A stretch of 64,000 nt of DNA from Anthoceros angustus (GCA_010909165.1 VJWM01000044.1:124001-188000), one strand, 5' to 3'. Numbered from the stretch's first letter, positions 10,651 through 24,490 are shown. Notes: generated by a model from the sequence alone, not told the origin. Numbers and translations: made by a program.

Positions 10651-11326
10651 TGTTGGAACTATTTCTTCTAAATATTTCTAGATGTTGGTTTGCCTATTAA
10701 TGCATGCAACTCTCTAAATGGTTTGAATTACTAGGCTTGATTGGTGGATTCCTATGTTTTACAGATCCAATGGGACAGAGAAGGAATAAGTAAGACTCAG
10801 AGAAGGAATAAGTAAGACTCACCCCGAAGTACGATGTCTAACATGTTGCACATAAAATAGACATTATGTATGTTTTTGTGACTAAGAGATCTACTTTATG
10901 TAGTTTAAAAAAAAAATTAGTTTACCATAGCTAAGATACGTTACCAGCCAAATGCGTTCATAACAGTTAGATAGGTGAAAAGCGGCATTAGATGTTTACA
11001 TTGGCAGCATTTTTCTCTCAAAACGGTTGGCACTATATGATAAATAACTTGAAATTTATAATTTTTTACATCACTTTTGATTAGGAAAACTTAAGTAGTT
11101 ATGTTCTTTTGCTACAATAAATAGATCTAGAAACAAATTATTGTACGTGTATCCACAGTTTCATAACTATATACTAGGTGTTTAATGATATATAATGGAA
11201 TTTGGTGGCAGTTTCTTCATACAAATTAAAGCATAATCAAATTTTTAAATCACATTCTATATGATGTCTAATGTAGCTTTGTTTGAATAAGTGATTGGGT
11301 AGCTCTCTCATTCATCTAACCAAAAT

Positions 11327-11830
11327 CTATGGATGACGTGGCCATTCAGGTTGTTCTACTGGAGATATATATCTTTGATCACTATAACGAACAAAACAAT
11401 CTGCAGCAAATCCATTGGCAATTGCAGTTCCAGGGCAAAGGTCGTATATAAGACTGTCAGCAAGTGTTGCTAGACATGTACTACAATCCAATGAAGTTGA
11501 ACATGTTGATGATTCTCGACAACCAGCTCTATAAAAGACTGCTTCACGGCAAGACTTTCCAGTTATATCTGAGACCGGTAGAAATCCAGTTATTTTGAGG
11601 CGTATCCCTCTCCAAGTTCGAGTGTCCTCACGAGTATCCCATTGTTTTCCGCCTTCTGCAGCAAGTTGTTGCGCAACAATTATGAGATATAATTTATATT
11701 TAGCTGAAGGATATGGTTTATTATTTCGTCCACAATTCACATCTTCTATTGCACTCAATGGTTGTCCTGCAATTGTGCAACACAATCCCAAAATAATAAA
11801 TATTACTACAAGCTTAATATCTGAAACCAT
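11327..11830 (-). CDS. Secreted single-DUF26 (Gnk2-homologous, stress-antifungal) protein, 167 aa
   Basis: Signal peptide MVSDIKLVVIFIILGLCCTIAG; GCRESSTCSTSLDCSTCLATLADSLIYDLCPG...ADCFVRYS matches the DUF26 C-terminal pattern. Confidence 0.82.
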   Translation of the reverse strand: MVSDIKLVVIFIILGLCCTIAGQPLSAIEDVNCGRNNKPYPSAKYKLYLIIVAQQLAAEGGKQWDTREDTRTWRGIRLKITGFLPVSDITGKSCREAVFYRAGCRESSTCSTSLDCSTCLATLADSLIYDLCPGTAIANGFAADCFVRYSDQRYISPVEQPEWPRHP

Positions 11831-12379
11831 TTTGTAAAGTAGTACATATAGGGTGAAGTATCATTCACTTCGGATATAATAGTAATGAATATAAATAATG
11901 GTGGTAATAAATATAAATAATGGTGGTTTCAATATTATTTTATAGCTTCTAGGTTCAGTCAAAGAGTGAGGTGTTTGCTTCTCACAAACTTCTATATATT
12001 CTTCTCAAATCGAGAGATACATATCTTAAAATGATTAAGTTTCTAGTTTTTACAAAATTTTATAATTTTAATTTTTAATAAAAATTATACATTTAAACTG
12101 CATAAATAATATAACAGAAGAAAAGAATACAATTAGTATCATTATCTTTGAATATATTAAAAATTAAGTTTTACAAGCTCATGAAATTTTAATATAAAGT
12201 TCAAAGATAAAATTATTAACAAACTTGAGTACATTAGGATATAATAGACATAATGGACAACCACTCTAGAACATTAAGTTCTTATATGGAAGATATCTAA
12301 AATCCAGAACCCGTATGTAGGTAGGTAGGTTGGCGGTTATTAGGTACCAATTTTGATAGGAGCGCGGCTCGGATTCGAT

Positions 12380-12416
12380 CCCATTGACTTGTGAGGGTGC
12401 GCTTTGTATTATAAAG
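12380..12416 (+). promoter_or_regulatory. W-box (TTGACT) and TATA-like element upstream of the RLK pseudogene
   Basis: cattgacttg at about 12383 and gtattataaag at about 12406, just before the signal-peptide-like sequence. Confidence 0.35.
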
Positions 12417-12419
12417 TAA

Positions 12420-14100
12420 ACAGCGCTCTCCTCTCGAGCCCTGCGGCTCTCCTCCTGAGGCTGATCCTCACCAAGCCCAGCCATGCGCGATGCTCCCATC
12501 AGCCATCCTCGTCACAATGGGCACATCCGCGATGCTCATCACACACTGTGCAGAGACTGGACGGCAGAGGAGAATGGAGATCCTGTTGGATGGGTTCAAG
12601 TGTCCGTTGTTGCATTTTGCATGCGAAGCAGAGCAAGGGCACTTGTAGGGATGACTTTTTCGTGGGCTAACCCTTCAGGCGCGGTTCGAATGCTGCTGCA
12701 ATTTTCCATCACTGTGGAAGAGGAAAAGCCCCGCCTTGACGCTACAGGGTGTACGGGGGCCACTAAAGATTTTGGTGAAAAAATTGGAGACGGAGAGCTC
12801 GGTCCGGTCTACCTTGGGGTCCTCCCAAACAATCAACCTGTGGCTGTGAAAGTCAGGCAGGCCTCTTGAACGAGGTTCGTTGAGCTCCTGTGTGTGGTTA
12901 TGACTTTTGTGTCACTGCCGTAGAGGTTCATGTTTCCGTGACCGTATGGACTACAAGTCAGCTGAAGTGGTGACTGACCATCACGCCTGTGTTTTCTCAG
13001 ATTGCTCTCTTGTCCACGATACACCACAGGAAGCTTGTGTCATCAGTAGGTTATTGCGAGGAAGGATCGGAGCTGATTGTGTGGTACGAGAGGAGGAGAC
13101 TTGCGGAATCGGTTATGCGGTGGTATGTCCAGCTTTGCCACCACCGGAGTCTTCATTCTGTCCCCATATGTGCATTGCAGTGACGTGGTACGAGTCTGAT
13201 GGAAATTGTGATCATAGGTGAAGAGGCTCGACGGGCTCCCCTGAACTGGAGGTAAAGGCTACAAATAGCCTTGGAAGCCGCGAAAGGTGAGTTGAAAGCT
13301 CGTGACTCATGGTGTTTTTCATTGGCGTTCCGTTGCTGTGATCTCTTTAAAGTCTGTCCTATCTAGGACCAGGTGTGGAGTACTTGCACGACGGGTGCAG
13401 TCCAGCAGCCATGGTTCACAGGGGTGTCAAGAGCAGCAACTTCCTTGTGAACACGACAGACTGGACGCAAAAGTTGCTGATTTCGAACTATCCAAACTGA
13501 AAGCTGATGGCTTAACCCACGTGATGATCATGATGGAGGGGACTCTCGGATGTCTGGATCCTGAGTAAGCAGGCAGCCGGACATCTCCAGTGACTCAGCA
13601 TTGCTCCTGTATGCTTGGGATTTCCTCTTTGTTTCTTCCTCACCATCTTACACAATTAATGCAGGTAAAACAAAACTGGGAAGCTAACCGACAAAAGCGA
13701 CGTTTACGGCTTCGGGGTAGTGCTTCTTGAAATCTTTTGCAGCCATCCCCCCATTTCTAAGGACGGCAGCAGCTTCATCGTGGACAAGGTGACAACTGCT
13801 GCAACCTTAATGTGGCTTCCATGAATCCAAACGCCCGTGCTTGCACATCTCTAGCAAAGCTCTCACGTTGAGCGGGTGGGGGCTGCAATCCACACTGGTA
13901 CCCTGGTGGCAGCAGTGGACCCAGCTCACGAGGCATCTTCCGACATTTGTCACTCTGGCTTGTCACACACAAGCGCCTACGCTGTTGGCCAGCCTTCCCA
14001 GATCTTCCATAGCTCTTAAGCTTGGTAAAGTCATGTATGGTGCGTGTGATCACGCTCTCTCCTCATTCCATTCTGAAGGAGAGTGTGACCAATGCCAAAT
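12420..14100 (+). pseudogene. Receptor-like Ser/Thr kinase pseudogene (LRR-I/malectin-RLK-like kinase domain)
   Basis: ATKDFGEKIGDGELGPVYLGVLPNNQPVAVKV, IALLSTIHHRKLVSSVGYC, EYLHDGCSPAAMVHRGVKSSN (HRD changed to HRG), KVADFELSKL (DFG changed to DFE), GTLGCLDPE, TDKSDVYGFGVVLLE; frameshifts; ectodomain mostly missing. Confidence 0.9.
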
Positions 14101-17100
14101 CTCCCACCCCAGATTGAAGCACAACATTTGTCAGCCGTAAGCAGAGGCGAGTTCAATTCTTCGCGGGCATGTCACCGTTCAGATTTGCTGTAAGTTGCTG
14201 CCGGCAGATTGCAAATGTTGGCTCTCGGTGGAAACAAATAGGATGCTTTCCCAGAGAACATAGCTGGGCTAATCGATGTCCAGGTAACTCTGATAGATCT
14301 GTCAAGAATTAGCCATAATAGAATGCTCTAACTCCCCAGTGGTAGAAGACTCTTGTCGGTGCTTCCTGCTTGTCACCCTAAGTATGGCACATCGCTCCAG
14401 AAACATGCCCGGGAAGGATTGATTTTTCCTCTGCTTACGGCTGACCAATGTTGTGCTTTAATCTGGGGAAGGAGATTTGGCATTGGTCACACTCTCCTTC
14501 AGAATGGTATGGGGAGAGACCCTCTTTGGTGCATAGGCAGGAATAGCACGTCTCCGAGTTCTAGCATTGTATGGCAGAACCATCTGAAATGCCGGAAAGT
14601 CCTCTGGCTGCTGTGATTATCAAGTCAGTAGATGTGCAGGAAATGGAAAGAAAAAGCATTTGTAAAAAACGCTCGTCCCTCTTAACACAAGTGAAGCTGA
14701 GAATGAGTGTGAGACGCATTCATTGGGGAGTTTTGCGGAAGCTGTGAATGAGAGTGGCCTTGGTTTGCGGGTTTCTGTAAATGTATTGAGTGAGTTTGGA
14801 GCTGGGTTGAACTGGCCAGAGAAGGGGAGGGCAGGGGCAGCGTATGTGACATTTGCAGTGAGATATGAGAAAGGCGTCCGGAAGATTCGCTAAACAAAAC
14901 AAAAAAAAGCAGATGTTCAGAGGATAGTTTGTGGATGAAGGGTGAAGGGGGTTGCAAGTGCAGAATCGCAACCAGTTCTTCTTGTGGAGAGATTTTTGCA
15001 ACCGTCGGGTAGCGGGCACACTCCCCAGGGGCCCAGTGGGCGCATTGACTTGAAGACCCCCGGGTCCCGGCACCAGTCCCGGACGCAAACGCAATATTTT
15101 GTTTGCAAAGGTGGACCATGGCAGCCTGGAGCGCCATTACAAATGCAGCTGGAAATTGGGCTACGGGTCATGGGGTCGGCCGGTGATGGTAGGTTTATTA
15201 CACGGTTGCAACCTGTCGGAAGGAACAGTGAAGAGGCGCAAATGGAGAGGAGATGGTGGCACATGGCTGCCGTTGGGCACTGTTGTTGGGCTAAGCGCCC
15301 AACCACCACCCCCCGGAACTGGGCCCCTTGCTATCATGCAGTGTACCCTTTTGTTCCTTTGAACATGCTCTGACTTTTCTGGGTTCGTGGGATGAGAGAC
15401 ATGAGAGAGCCCAGTGGTGGGTGCAGGATGGGGTGAAGTGTCGAGAGCTGAAGTGCGGTCCCCAATTGGATAGATATGCGTCTGTGTCTGCACCCGGAGC
15501 AGGGACAGCAGTCGAGTACGATAAATGAGGACCTTCACTCGGGACACAGATGGAGAATCCGAGGACGATCGGTATGCCTATACCTAGTCTATTAAACGTA
15601 TGCAGAAACGCAAAGGAGTTGCGAGCCCTGACTGGTGTCAACTGCAGAAGTGGCAGGCAGGGTGCAGGCTTGCAGGGGGATATGGCCAGTGGATGGGTTG
15701 GGTGGTTTAGATGGAATGGGTGGCTCTGGAGCCTGTGGGAGCTGGTCCTGCAGCTTGTGTACAGACAAGACAGTGTGAGGGTAGGGGGCTACATATTGTA
15801 CAGACTATAAAGGGCAGGAGAGGAAAGGAGAGGATTAGATAGATGGGTGCACATGACAAGCGCAAGCGACAGAGGCCACATGGTGTCACGAGCATGGTAG
15901 AGGGAGGTATGATTCCTGTAGCCTATGCGTAGCGGGCGCGGTGTCGAGGGGCCGCCGACAGCGGGGGCAACTGTGCACGCCACTGGTGCGTACACTGGAC
16001 AGGGGTATGAAGTCGGGTACGAACTCCCGGTCTGGGCCTGTGAAGAGAGGTTGTGCGGTTTGTGTGTGCAGGCAATGGCAGTGGTGCTGCAGCTTTTTCA
16101 GCTTTAGACAGCGCACAACATTGTTCTCCCTCACCAGTGCCCACCCTCGGCGAAAGCGACTAGAGCAGGGCCCGGTGATGAGAGTCGTGACCAGGTCCCT
16201 GGGAATGGGCCTGGGCCTGAGCCTGGGCAGCAGAACTCGTGGAGAGGGCAAGTGTGCGGGTGCACATCCCCCAACGCTCACACCCCGTGCTCGCGTGACT
16301 TGCCAGATTCTATCTACAACTGTCGACACTGCCACATACAACAATGTTTTCAGAGTTCAGAGCAGCTAGCTACACCATCTCCAGGAGTCCAGACATAGTA
16401 TGGAGTCATGGACCACACCAGACGACTTTGGAAGTGAGTGATGACAGTACAGCTAGCCTGTAGGGATATGGCATGCGCTAGCCTGAATACTGGAACTGTG
16501 CTACAGTGGTGCCCGCTACCAACCCCGATATCGAGGCACAGCTTCCAATTGCGAGCAGCAGGGGCACTGTAGGTGGTAGCTAGCTAGCTAGTGCGGCAGG
16601 CAGCAGGTGGCCGTGGTGGTGTGCTTGTGCACAGGCTACTGTACATACATGTTGTGTGCAAAGGGAGGGAATGTGCATCGGGATAAAAGGCAGATGCAGA
16701 GGCAGAAGAAGGCCGCCAATCTGTTTGGCATGCTGCCACCGCAAGTACGACGCCAGTATGCTGACCACCATGTTACTACCACTCCGGGAATGATTGTGCC
16801 AGTGCGAGGCTCTTAGCATAGGCTGAGATTTCATGAATCATAAAACATGGAGGGGAGCAGCTCTTCATCCGGCTCCGTCTTCTCCATCTGTAGCAGCAGA
16901 AGGTAACAGGGTCGGGGTTGGTCGCAACGTCGTAGCACGTTGCAGCAGTACTACATACATACTTGCACGTCTCGTACACAACACTACGCAACCAGTTCCA
17001 CACCTGTGAGCCTTCAGTCCCATGACAGTCATCCATTCTCAGTGGACTAGAAAAACATTTCTTCTCGTTCTCAAGGCTCGCTCGTTCGAAAAAGCGAGTC

Positions 17101-18959
17101 GAAAAAGAGCCAGGCTCATCAGTGCCAAGCCTGATGACCCAGTCCAGGCAGGACTCCAGTACCCGGCTGATGAGAGCTCCTGCTCCCAAGTCCCCTGCTG
17201 GTCCCGCGGTACCGCTAGTGGCCATGGGAGCCTGGAGGGCCAGGGACTGACACTGCTGGACAGGAGGCCACTGCGGGGCCAGGCGCTGCGGCAGCGGGAG
17301 CGGCGGCGGCGGCGGAGCCACCTTCCTTTGCTTTCCTCTCCTTTAGCCTTTGCTTTCAAATCGCATTTGCAGCAATTTTATTGAACGAGGCGGAGGAGCG
17401 GAGGGGCGCGAGACTCGTGCGTGCCTACCACAGTTGCCCATCTCCAGTCTGCTTTGCATTGAAGCAGCATTACTGCAGAGCAGGCCAACCCGTGTACAAC
17501 ATGCATATATCCGAACTACATTCACACACACCCTCACGTCAAGGTCCCGACTCCCGACTCCCGCATCCCGCTAGCTAGCCTCCACTGACACACACACAGG
17601 CGTGACATGAGTAACGCAGTGCGCATGCGATGGAGTGTGCGCGTCCAGACGAGCCCCGCTTTCCCACCGACTTCAACATGGCGGGCACATGGCGCCCATT
17701 TGACGCAACTCCCAACTCGGACGTATGAGCAACCATGACAAACGATGGGCCATGGCCATATGTGTGTGGGGTCGGGTGCAACCGCCTTATCCAACTGCTA
17801 TACCTGCCGGCTAACGCCTCCGGACTCCGGAGCTCCAGGCCCCGCGCCTTTAATAATTCCCCTCTCCTTCCTCCTCCCTCCGAGGAGTGAAAGGTACAGA
17901 AACGAGGGAAAAGCGTTGGGAGCTTCGGCTGCCTTTATCGACCCTTGTGACAAAGTTTTGCGGCAGCAGCAGAAGCTTTATTAGCCACTCAGTGTCAAAG
18001 ACACACGAGCGATGAGATTAATACATCGGAGGATGCAAGACTCCCACCTACCCGCTCCCCGAACCCCCTTCGCAAGAGGAGCAAGCCGGTCACGGCTGCG
18101 TAAGCATGCCGCGCGGCAACTCGTTCCGCCTTGCAGGTGGCAACCTCACGGCTAACACGCCGTCACCTCTTATGTCGCTTCCGATTAGTGACGCCGTTTT
18201 CGTAAACATCTGCCATGCTCCTGCGTCGGAAAGCTGAGCTGCAAAGCGGCTTTGTAATTTTCAAGTCCGCACTTCTCCCAATGACAGATGTGAGATGCGT
18301 AATCGCGCTAGCACGGCTAGCGTAAAGCGGAACCGGAGTTTCCGAGTCCGGCTCGGCTATTCGCGAGCTCCTCACTTTGATCAAGTCTATGCTCGGCGCC
18401 GGGCCGCGCCGCGCCGCGCCTCCTCTTGTTTTGTCCCTTTCTTGCTTCTTCGCTTCCTTTCTTGCTTCTTCGCTTCCTTTCTTCCCGCCTTTGACGCATT
18501 CTGTCATGAAGCTCGTCTGCCTCTCCCGCCAAAGGTTCCCGAAACAGAAATAACAACCGGCAGCGGGGCAGCGGGGCATCTGGGGCAGCGGCAGCGGCTC
18601 GGGCGCAGCACCGGAGAACCGCACACTGCGCTGCACAGGCTCCAGCCAATTGGCCCGGCTATCTGCTTCCTCCGCAAACATGTGGCCCGTGGGATCAAAG
18701 CTTTGCCACTTGCCGCTTTGCCTTCACCCCCCCATCGCATCCGATTGTATTGCGTTCTTCCAATCTTCCTCCATTCCGAGGGTGCTGTGCAATTTGTGCA
18801 AAAGACAAAGTGCAAGGTTACGATGCAGGTAGGTTATTCACCTTCCGGCCGAGGCGGGCCTACCGGGAAACCCTACCGGCCAATAATACTGGGCGTGGGC
18901 CGTTGCTGGTCTGACACACCGGCAGTTGCACCTCCTGCGTTTCCCCAGCCACAGACGCA

Positions 18960-19890
18960 ACTGGGACGGGACGACGGGACGACGGGACGGGGGCTTATTT
19001 AATAAAAAGGGGCAAGGGAGAGGAGAGAGGAGCGCGGCGGGCAGGAGGGAAGAGAAAAAGAAAAAGGAAGAACGTCAGTCGGTCCTTTTTTTCCCTCTGG
19101 CCTCTTTCCATAAATGACGACGTCGGCCCCGACATACCACGATGCAAGCCCGAATGTGGGGCTTGACGCGACGGAACGGGGCTCCGGGGCCCCCCGCCTC
19201 CGTACCGTCCGACACCCCACATCATGGGGATGCGACCACAGACGCGGCCGCGTGGCCCACCCCGTTCTGCCCCGTCCCGTCCCGTTCTGTTGCGTGGTTG
19301 CGGGACCGGGATCACGACCGGGACCGTTGATGGGAAGCGGGCAAGCGGGCAAGCGGGTAAGCGGGCAAGCGGGTAAGCGGGCAAGCGAGCAATCAAGCAA
19401 TGTAGTTACGTTGGTACAGCAACATCACTACTGCTTCGGTCCGTGCATTCCCGTCTTTGGGTTCCGGATCTTGAGCTTAACCGACACAAAGACTCTCGCA
19501 CAGACAGGCAGGCAATCCAGGATTCGAGAAGCGGATCGGGATGGGGAACGCCACCTCTGTTGTCGTAACCCAGAGTCTGTCCGACGCCGGCAGCGCCACC
19601 GGCTGCTGCCGGTGGCCGGTGCGGAGGATAGATGCAGCAGCCTCGGATCCCGATTACCGTATACCGTATACCGTATACCGTTCTGCTGCGTCTGACAGAA
19701 ACCGGCATGCCATGGCATCACCTACATGGCTTGGCATCCGAGGCCCGCGTATTAGGGGTATTTTTAGGGGATCCCGAAACCATAATTTACCGCCCTTGGC
19801 GCCTGGAGGTCGGCTGCTCAAGAATCTTCCCAAAAGAAGCGCCCAGACAAAGCAGCGAGCCGGCGCAAGGCGATAGGCGATAGGCGATTT
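18960..19890. repeat. Cluster of short GC-rich tandem arrays
   Basis: (GGGACGAC)n at 18962-18991, (AAGCGGGY)x6 at 19335-19388, (TACCGTA)x4 at 19654-19681 and (AGGCGAT)x3 at 19868-19889. Confidence 0.85.
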
Positions 19891-21032
19891 GGATGCGCCA
19901 ATGCCATGGCCCATGCGCTTCTGACACCATGTTCCGCCCCGGACACTGGCCTGGCCGGGTCTGTGCCACTGTTGAGATAATCGGGGGAGCTGTTTTATTA
20001 ATTGTATGTAAGAAGCGCGTGTGGGGTCACGATCGCCCATGTGCTCCCATGCCCCCGCCCGCCGGGTCGGGCTTAATCCCGGTTGGGGTTGGGAGGCCGG
20101 GTTAGCGTGCCCTAATGATGTCGGAGAGGAAGGACGGAAAAGAAAAGGAAAAGAAAGCGGGCAGGGCGGGCCGGGGATTCGGGCACTCATTGTGACCAGG
20201 GTCCAGGACAGGGAAAAGCATGGTGTCCTGTAGCCGGTAACAAATGTAGAGAGAGAATGAGGAGAGAGGATGTCAGAACCGGACGACTCGGAGCGTGCAA
20301 GGCGCCATCACGGCTTGGAAGTTGGACTCGCTGCGCCTGCAGGCTGCAGGCTGCAGGCCGCAGGCTGCGGGCGAAGAGATGGACTGGACTGCTTGCTCCC
20401 ATGGCTGCTTCGCTTCTCTTCCATTCCAGTTCCAGCTGCATGACTGGGGCGGAATTGGGCTGCTTCCGCCCCGGAAAGATGGGGGAAAGAAATGGCATGC
20501 GATTACCGTCCAGGACTGGGGGAGGCGGCATGGCTGGGTTGCTAAGCTCGGTGCTGCTGCTGCTGCTGAAGCTTGAGAGAGCCTGGTCTTGATCTCGGAT
20601 GGACCCTGCTTGCCCTGCTACCCAGGCACGTGCAGCCATCTTCCGCTTGGGCTTGCAGCTGCCCGCCTCTGCCTCTGCCTCTGCCTCTGCTCCGTTTCCT
20701 ACCGCAATTCTGTCCTCTCTTACCACCCTTTTCTTCTCCCGGTCCGCCTCCTGGGTGTATATAAGCACGGGCTGGCATGAGTCTGTACCAAGCAGTGCAG
20801 CAGCACCGGCCTCCTCCTCCAGCCTTCTTCTACCTCCTTGCTTCATCCTCTGCTTCGGCGGGTCGCTCTGCAGGGCTCCTCCTGCTGCCTCTAGTGCTGT
20901 GTGAGCAGAGCCCTCGCTGTCCTGCAATTCCTGCACTGCAGCAGCGTTGGAGCCTTCCCCCGCCTGCTGCTGCTGGCCAGCATCCCGCCCGCACGCAGCA
21001 TTGTCGTAGCTCCCGCAACTTCTAGAACTGCG

Positions 21033-22722
21033 ATGGCGGCCTCGGCTCTCACCCGGATGCTCCTCCTGCTGCTGCTCTCCTCGTACCTGCTCGCCATTGC
21101 GGGCAGAGTGCTGCAGGAGCCCCAGGAGGCTCAGGAAGTGGGTGCTGAGGTTGAGGAGGTTCTGGAAGGGGAGGATCTGGAGGATGAAATCTTTGACGAG
21201 AGCCTCGTGCCCGAGCACAGGTACTGTGCTGTGCTGGGCTGGGCTGGGCGGGGCTGGGCTGCCTCGCCTTTGCCTGCATTGCTGCTTTTCCGAAAGTCGA
21301 GTCTTGCTTGGTTGCTTGCGTTTGCGGGAGGCTGGCGGCCTGCTTTGCTTTCCCGGTGCTGATGGTGGGGATGAAAATGCCGCTGCAGGAACTCTTCCTC
21401 GCTGCGGAGGGAGCTGAGGGGATCTTGCAAGACCGGCAATCCCATCGACGACTGCTGGAGGTGCAACAACTGGAGGAAGCACCGCAAGCAGCTGGCTCAC
21501 TGCGCCATCGGCTACGGCAGCAAAACCAGGGGCGGCTCCAGGGGCAAGTACTACGTCGTCACCGACTCCAGCGATAACAGCCCCGCCAATCCCAAGTACG
21601 GCACCCTGCGATGGGGCGTCACCCGCAATGCGCCCTTGTGGATCGTCTTTGCCAGGGACATGACCATCAAGCTCTCAATCGAGCTCATCGTCAATAGCTT
21701 CAAGACCATCGACGGCCGAGGAGTGCACGTCCAGATCGCTGGTGGAGCCTGCTTCACCATCCAGGACGTGAAGCACGTTATCATCGAGTCTCTCAGCATC
21801 TACAACTGCAAGGCTGCTGGACCTGGCGTGGTCATGAGCAACGAGAATCACGTTGGCCACAGGCAGACCTCCGATGGAGACGGTGTTTCCATTTTCACTG
21901 GCACCAACATCTGGGTTGATCATTGCTACCTCTCCAACTGCGCGGACGGCCTCATCGACGCCATTCACGCCTCCTCTTACATCTCCATCACCAACAACCA
22001 TTTCGAGAATCACGACAAGGTGGGCTCTCGCACTCTTGTCATGGCTCGCTCCTCTTCAAACGCCTGCCTTCTCATTTGCCTTAAAAGGTTTTGCTTCCCG
22101 TGCTCTGCAGGTCATGCTCCTAGGACACAACGACGACTACTCTGCCGATAAAGTCATGCGTGTCACAGTTGCCTACAACAAATTTGGAGCTGGTTTGGGA
22201 CAGAGAATGCCAAGGTCAGTCACTCTCCACCCTTGTCCTCGCCTCACTTCTGCCGCATTTCTCCTGGGAAGCTGCTCACTTTCAAGAGTCTGTTGAACAG
22301 AGCCCGCTTTGGAGTGGTCCAAGTTCTCAACAATGACTACACCTCAGGCTGGGTAGTCTATGCAGTCGGAGGCAGCGCAGATCCCACCATCTATAGCGTG
22401 GGCAACATTTACTCTGCTGGGTCTGCCAAGGAGGTGAGAAGCGTCCTCATGAATGCTCTCTGAGCTGCCCGAGCTTGACGCAGTCGACGTCCCTGCATGT
22501 CCAACTCACCTCAACTTTCAAATGTCTTTTTCTCAGGTCACAAAGCGAGACGTGAACGGAGGTTGGAGCAGTTGGGTATGGACCAGCACTGGTGACGAAT
22601 TCCTGAATGGTGCTTACTTCGTTCAGTCCGGTGGTTCTCGTTCCACTGCTGCTGTGACTGGCACTAGTGCCCTCCCTGCTGCCAGAGTACCGGCCATCAC
22701 TGCTTACGCAGGACCATTCTGA
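21033..22722 (+). CDS. Pectate lyase (PL1), secreted, 5 exons
   Basis: Exons 21033-21220, 21389-22019, 22111-22214, 22301-22433 and 22537-22722 with GT-AG introns splice in frame; motifs [31 protein letters not shown] and QRMPRARFG; signal peptide present. Confidence 0.96.
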
Positions 22723-23435
22723 AGGTTTTCGACATAAAAGGCTGGTTCCTCCAGAACCTAGCTCCAGACCACCTGTGGGTAACACATGCGCAGGCTTGTA
22801 CACTAAGCAAGACGGTTTCAACAACGGTTCTCCATGCAATCAGCCGGACCACTGAGTCGGACAAGGTGAAGGGAGATGGTTGGATAAAGTACCCACACTT
22901 GTTCTGGCACCAAGGCTCTCTGGTCCAGGTGGTTCTTGTACACTAATTTCTGCTCATGCCATTGCTTCTCTTTTGACAAAGATTTGGATTGTAGACAACA
23001 GTACAATTTGAGCCTGTGACCTCTGTATTGAGGGACACAAGAGCTTATTTAGCCGGCAACCTCGCACTTGAGCTCTGGCAGCTATTCATTGCTGCTCGTG
23101 TGAGAGCCAGTGCTGATGCGTTGGTAGCAGGGTACCCTTTCTAGTATGACCCACCTTTGAAGCGCTTCGTTATATGAAAGCGCAGGATCCTGGTTCCCGG
23201 ATGTTGTTGGAACCGCGTTGTGGCAATAATAGTAGCACCACCCCCCCAGGTAGCCACTAGCTGATTTTGGGGACTAAAATTTATGGATCATTTTCTTTCA
23301 TTTTCTTTCACTTTCTTTGCACAACGACCTCGCAATTACTGTTCTGAATATGCTTGATGTCATGTATCAATACTCTTCACCCTTCTGCCTATACAGCCAG
23401 ATCCCCACACACGTTTATCTTCACAAGTTTCACTC

Positions 23436-23900
23436 TTACAACTGCTTAATCGCACTCTTATGGACATCGGAACTAACTCTATGAACAACAACCCCGTTCA
23501 CCTCTGGCACATTCGGCTTAGCTGCCAACTCCAACACTCCAAAGAAAGGAACAGTGTCCGCAAGAGATCCATCCCTTCTAAACCTAAACAGCCTAATTGT
23601 TGGGAAGTGCCACTCGTCCCTCCTGCCTTGTATCCTGCTGCGCTGCGTCCTGCTGGTTCTCCAGTTCAGTTTTCTCATTATCGTTTTCCTCGTCCAACTT
23701 GGGGATGGGCACGTTCACAAACTCGGGAGGAAGCTCATCTTTCACTTCTTCCAACACCTCGCTGTCCCACTTGTCCTCGACTGGAACCCCTGGAGAATCC
23801 TCAGTAGCAACAACTGGTTCTAAAATTGGGCCTTTTACTTTGTCCGTGGCCATGGAATATTCTGTTGGTACTGGCGGCTCGGCGCCGGGTGGCAGCATAC
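23436..23900 (-). other. Unidentified acidic ORF with a probable frameshifted continuation (possible pseudogene)
   Basis: MSGLRGMLPPGAEPP...EEVKDELPPEFVNVPIPKLDEENDNEK, then in another frame RDEWHFPTIRLFRFRRDGSLADTVPFFGVLELAAKP; family not recognised. Confidence 0.3.
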
Positions 23901-24490
23901 CACGGAGGCCCGACATGGCTAGTTTTCCTCGAGTGTCTGTGGCACCCTGAATGCATACACAGGTCACAGCACCTTTCAGCACGCAACAAATCAAAAACCA
24001 AGAGACTCAGGTGCACCAGAGGCTCAACTGAAAGTGTTGCTCAAGGCCCATCATCGAACCTTTCTTAAGTGAGCTAGCCAACAAACTCTTCCGGACTCTG
24101 CTCTAAGACGCCGTCTCCCCTTGTCCCCAAGTTCTTGCTGGAGGACGTCTGATGAGTAATGGCAGACTTCTCATGTGACATGCGAGACTGAACGGCAGTA
24201 CTCTCTTGCCACCTACCCTACTTTCCTTGTTCGAAGTCGTCCATAATCTGCAAGTGAGTGACTGGACAACTTTCTGATACACGTCATGTTTCCTACAAAC
24301 CTGCTGGCTATGTGGAATGTGGGTGGCAGGATTATCTGGTGGATGTAGCATACGAGAGTAGAAACTAGAACAGGAGACTGCACTCGGTTACTGGTAGACC
24401 AACGTCAGCTACTGGAACGGCTTCGCCGGGAGCTGCAGTTTTAAAGACAACTTGGTACAAATGAGATGATCCCAATCAACTGCCTACAGT

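Noticed and set aside
18163-20233. Numerous overlapping 100-235-aa ORFs
   Set aside because: Expected by chance in GC-rich sequence; no motifs or consistent splice structure
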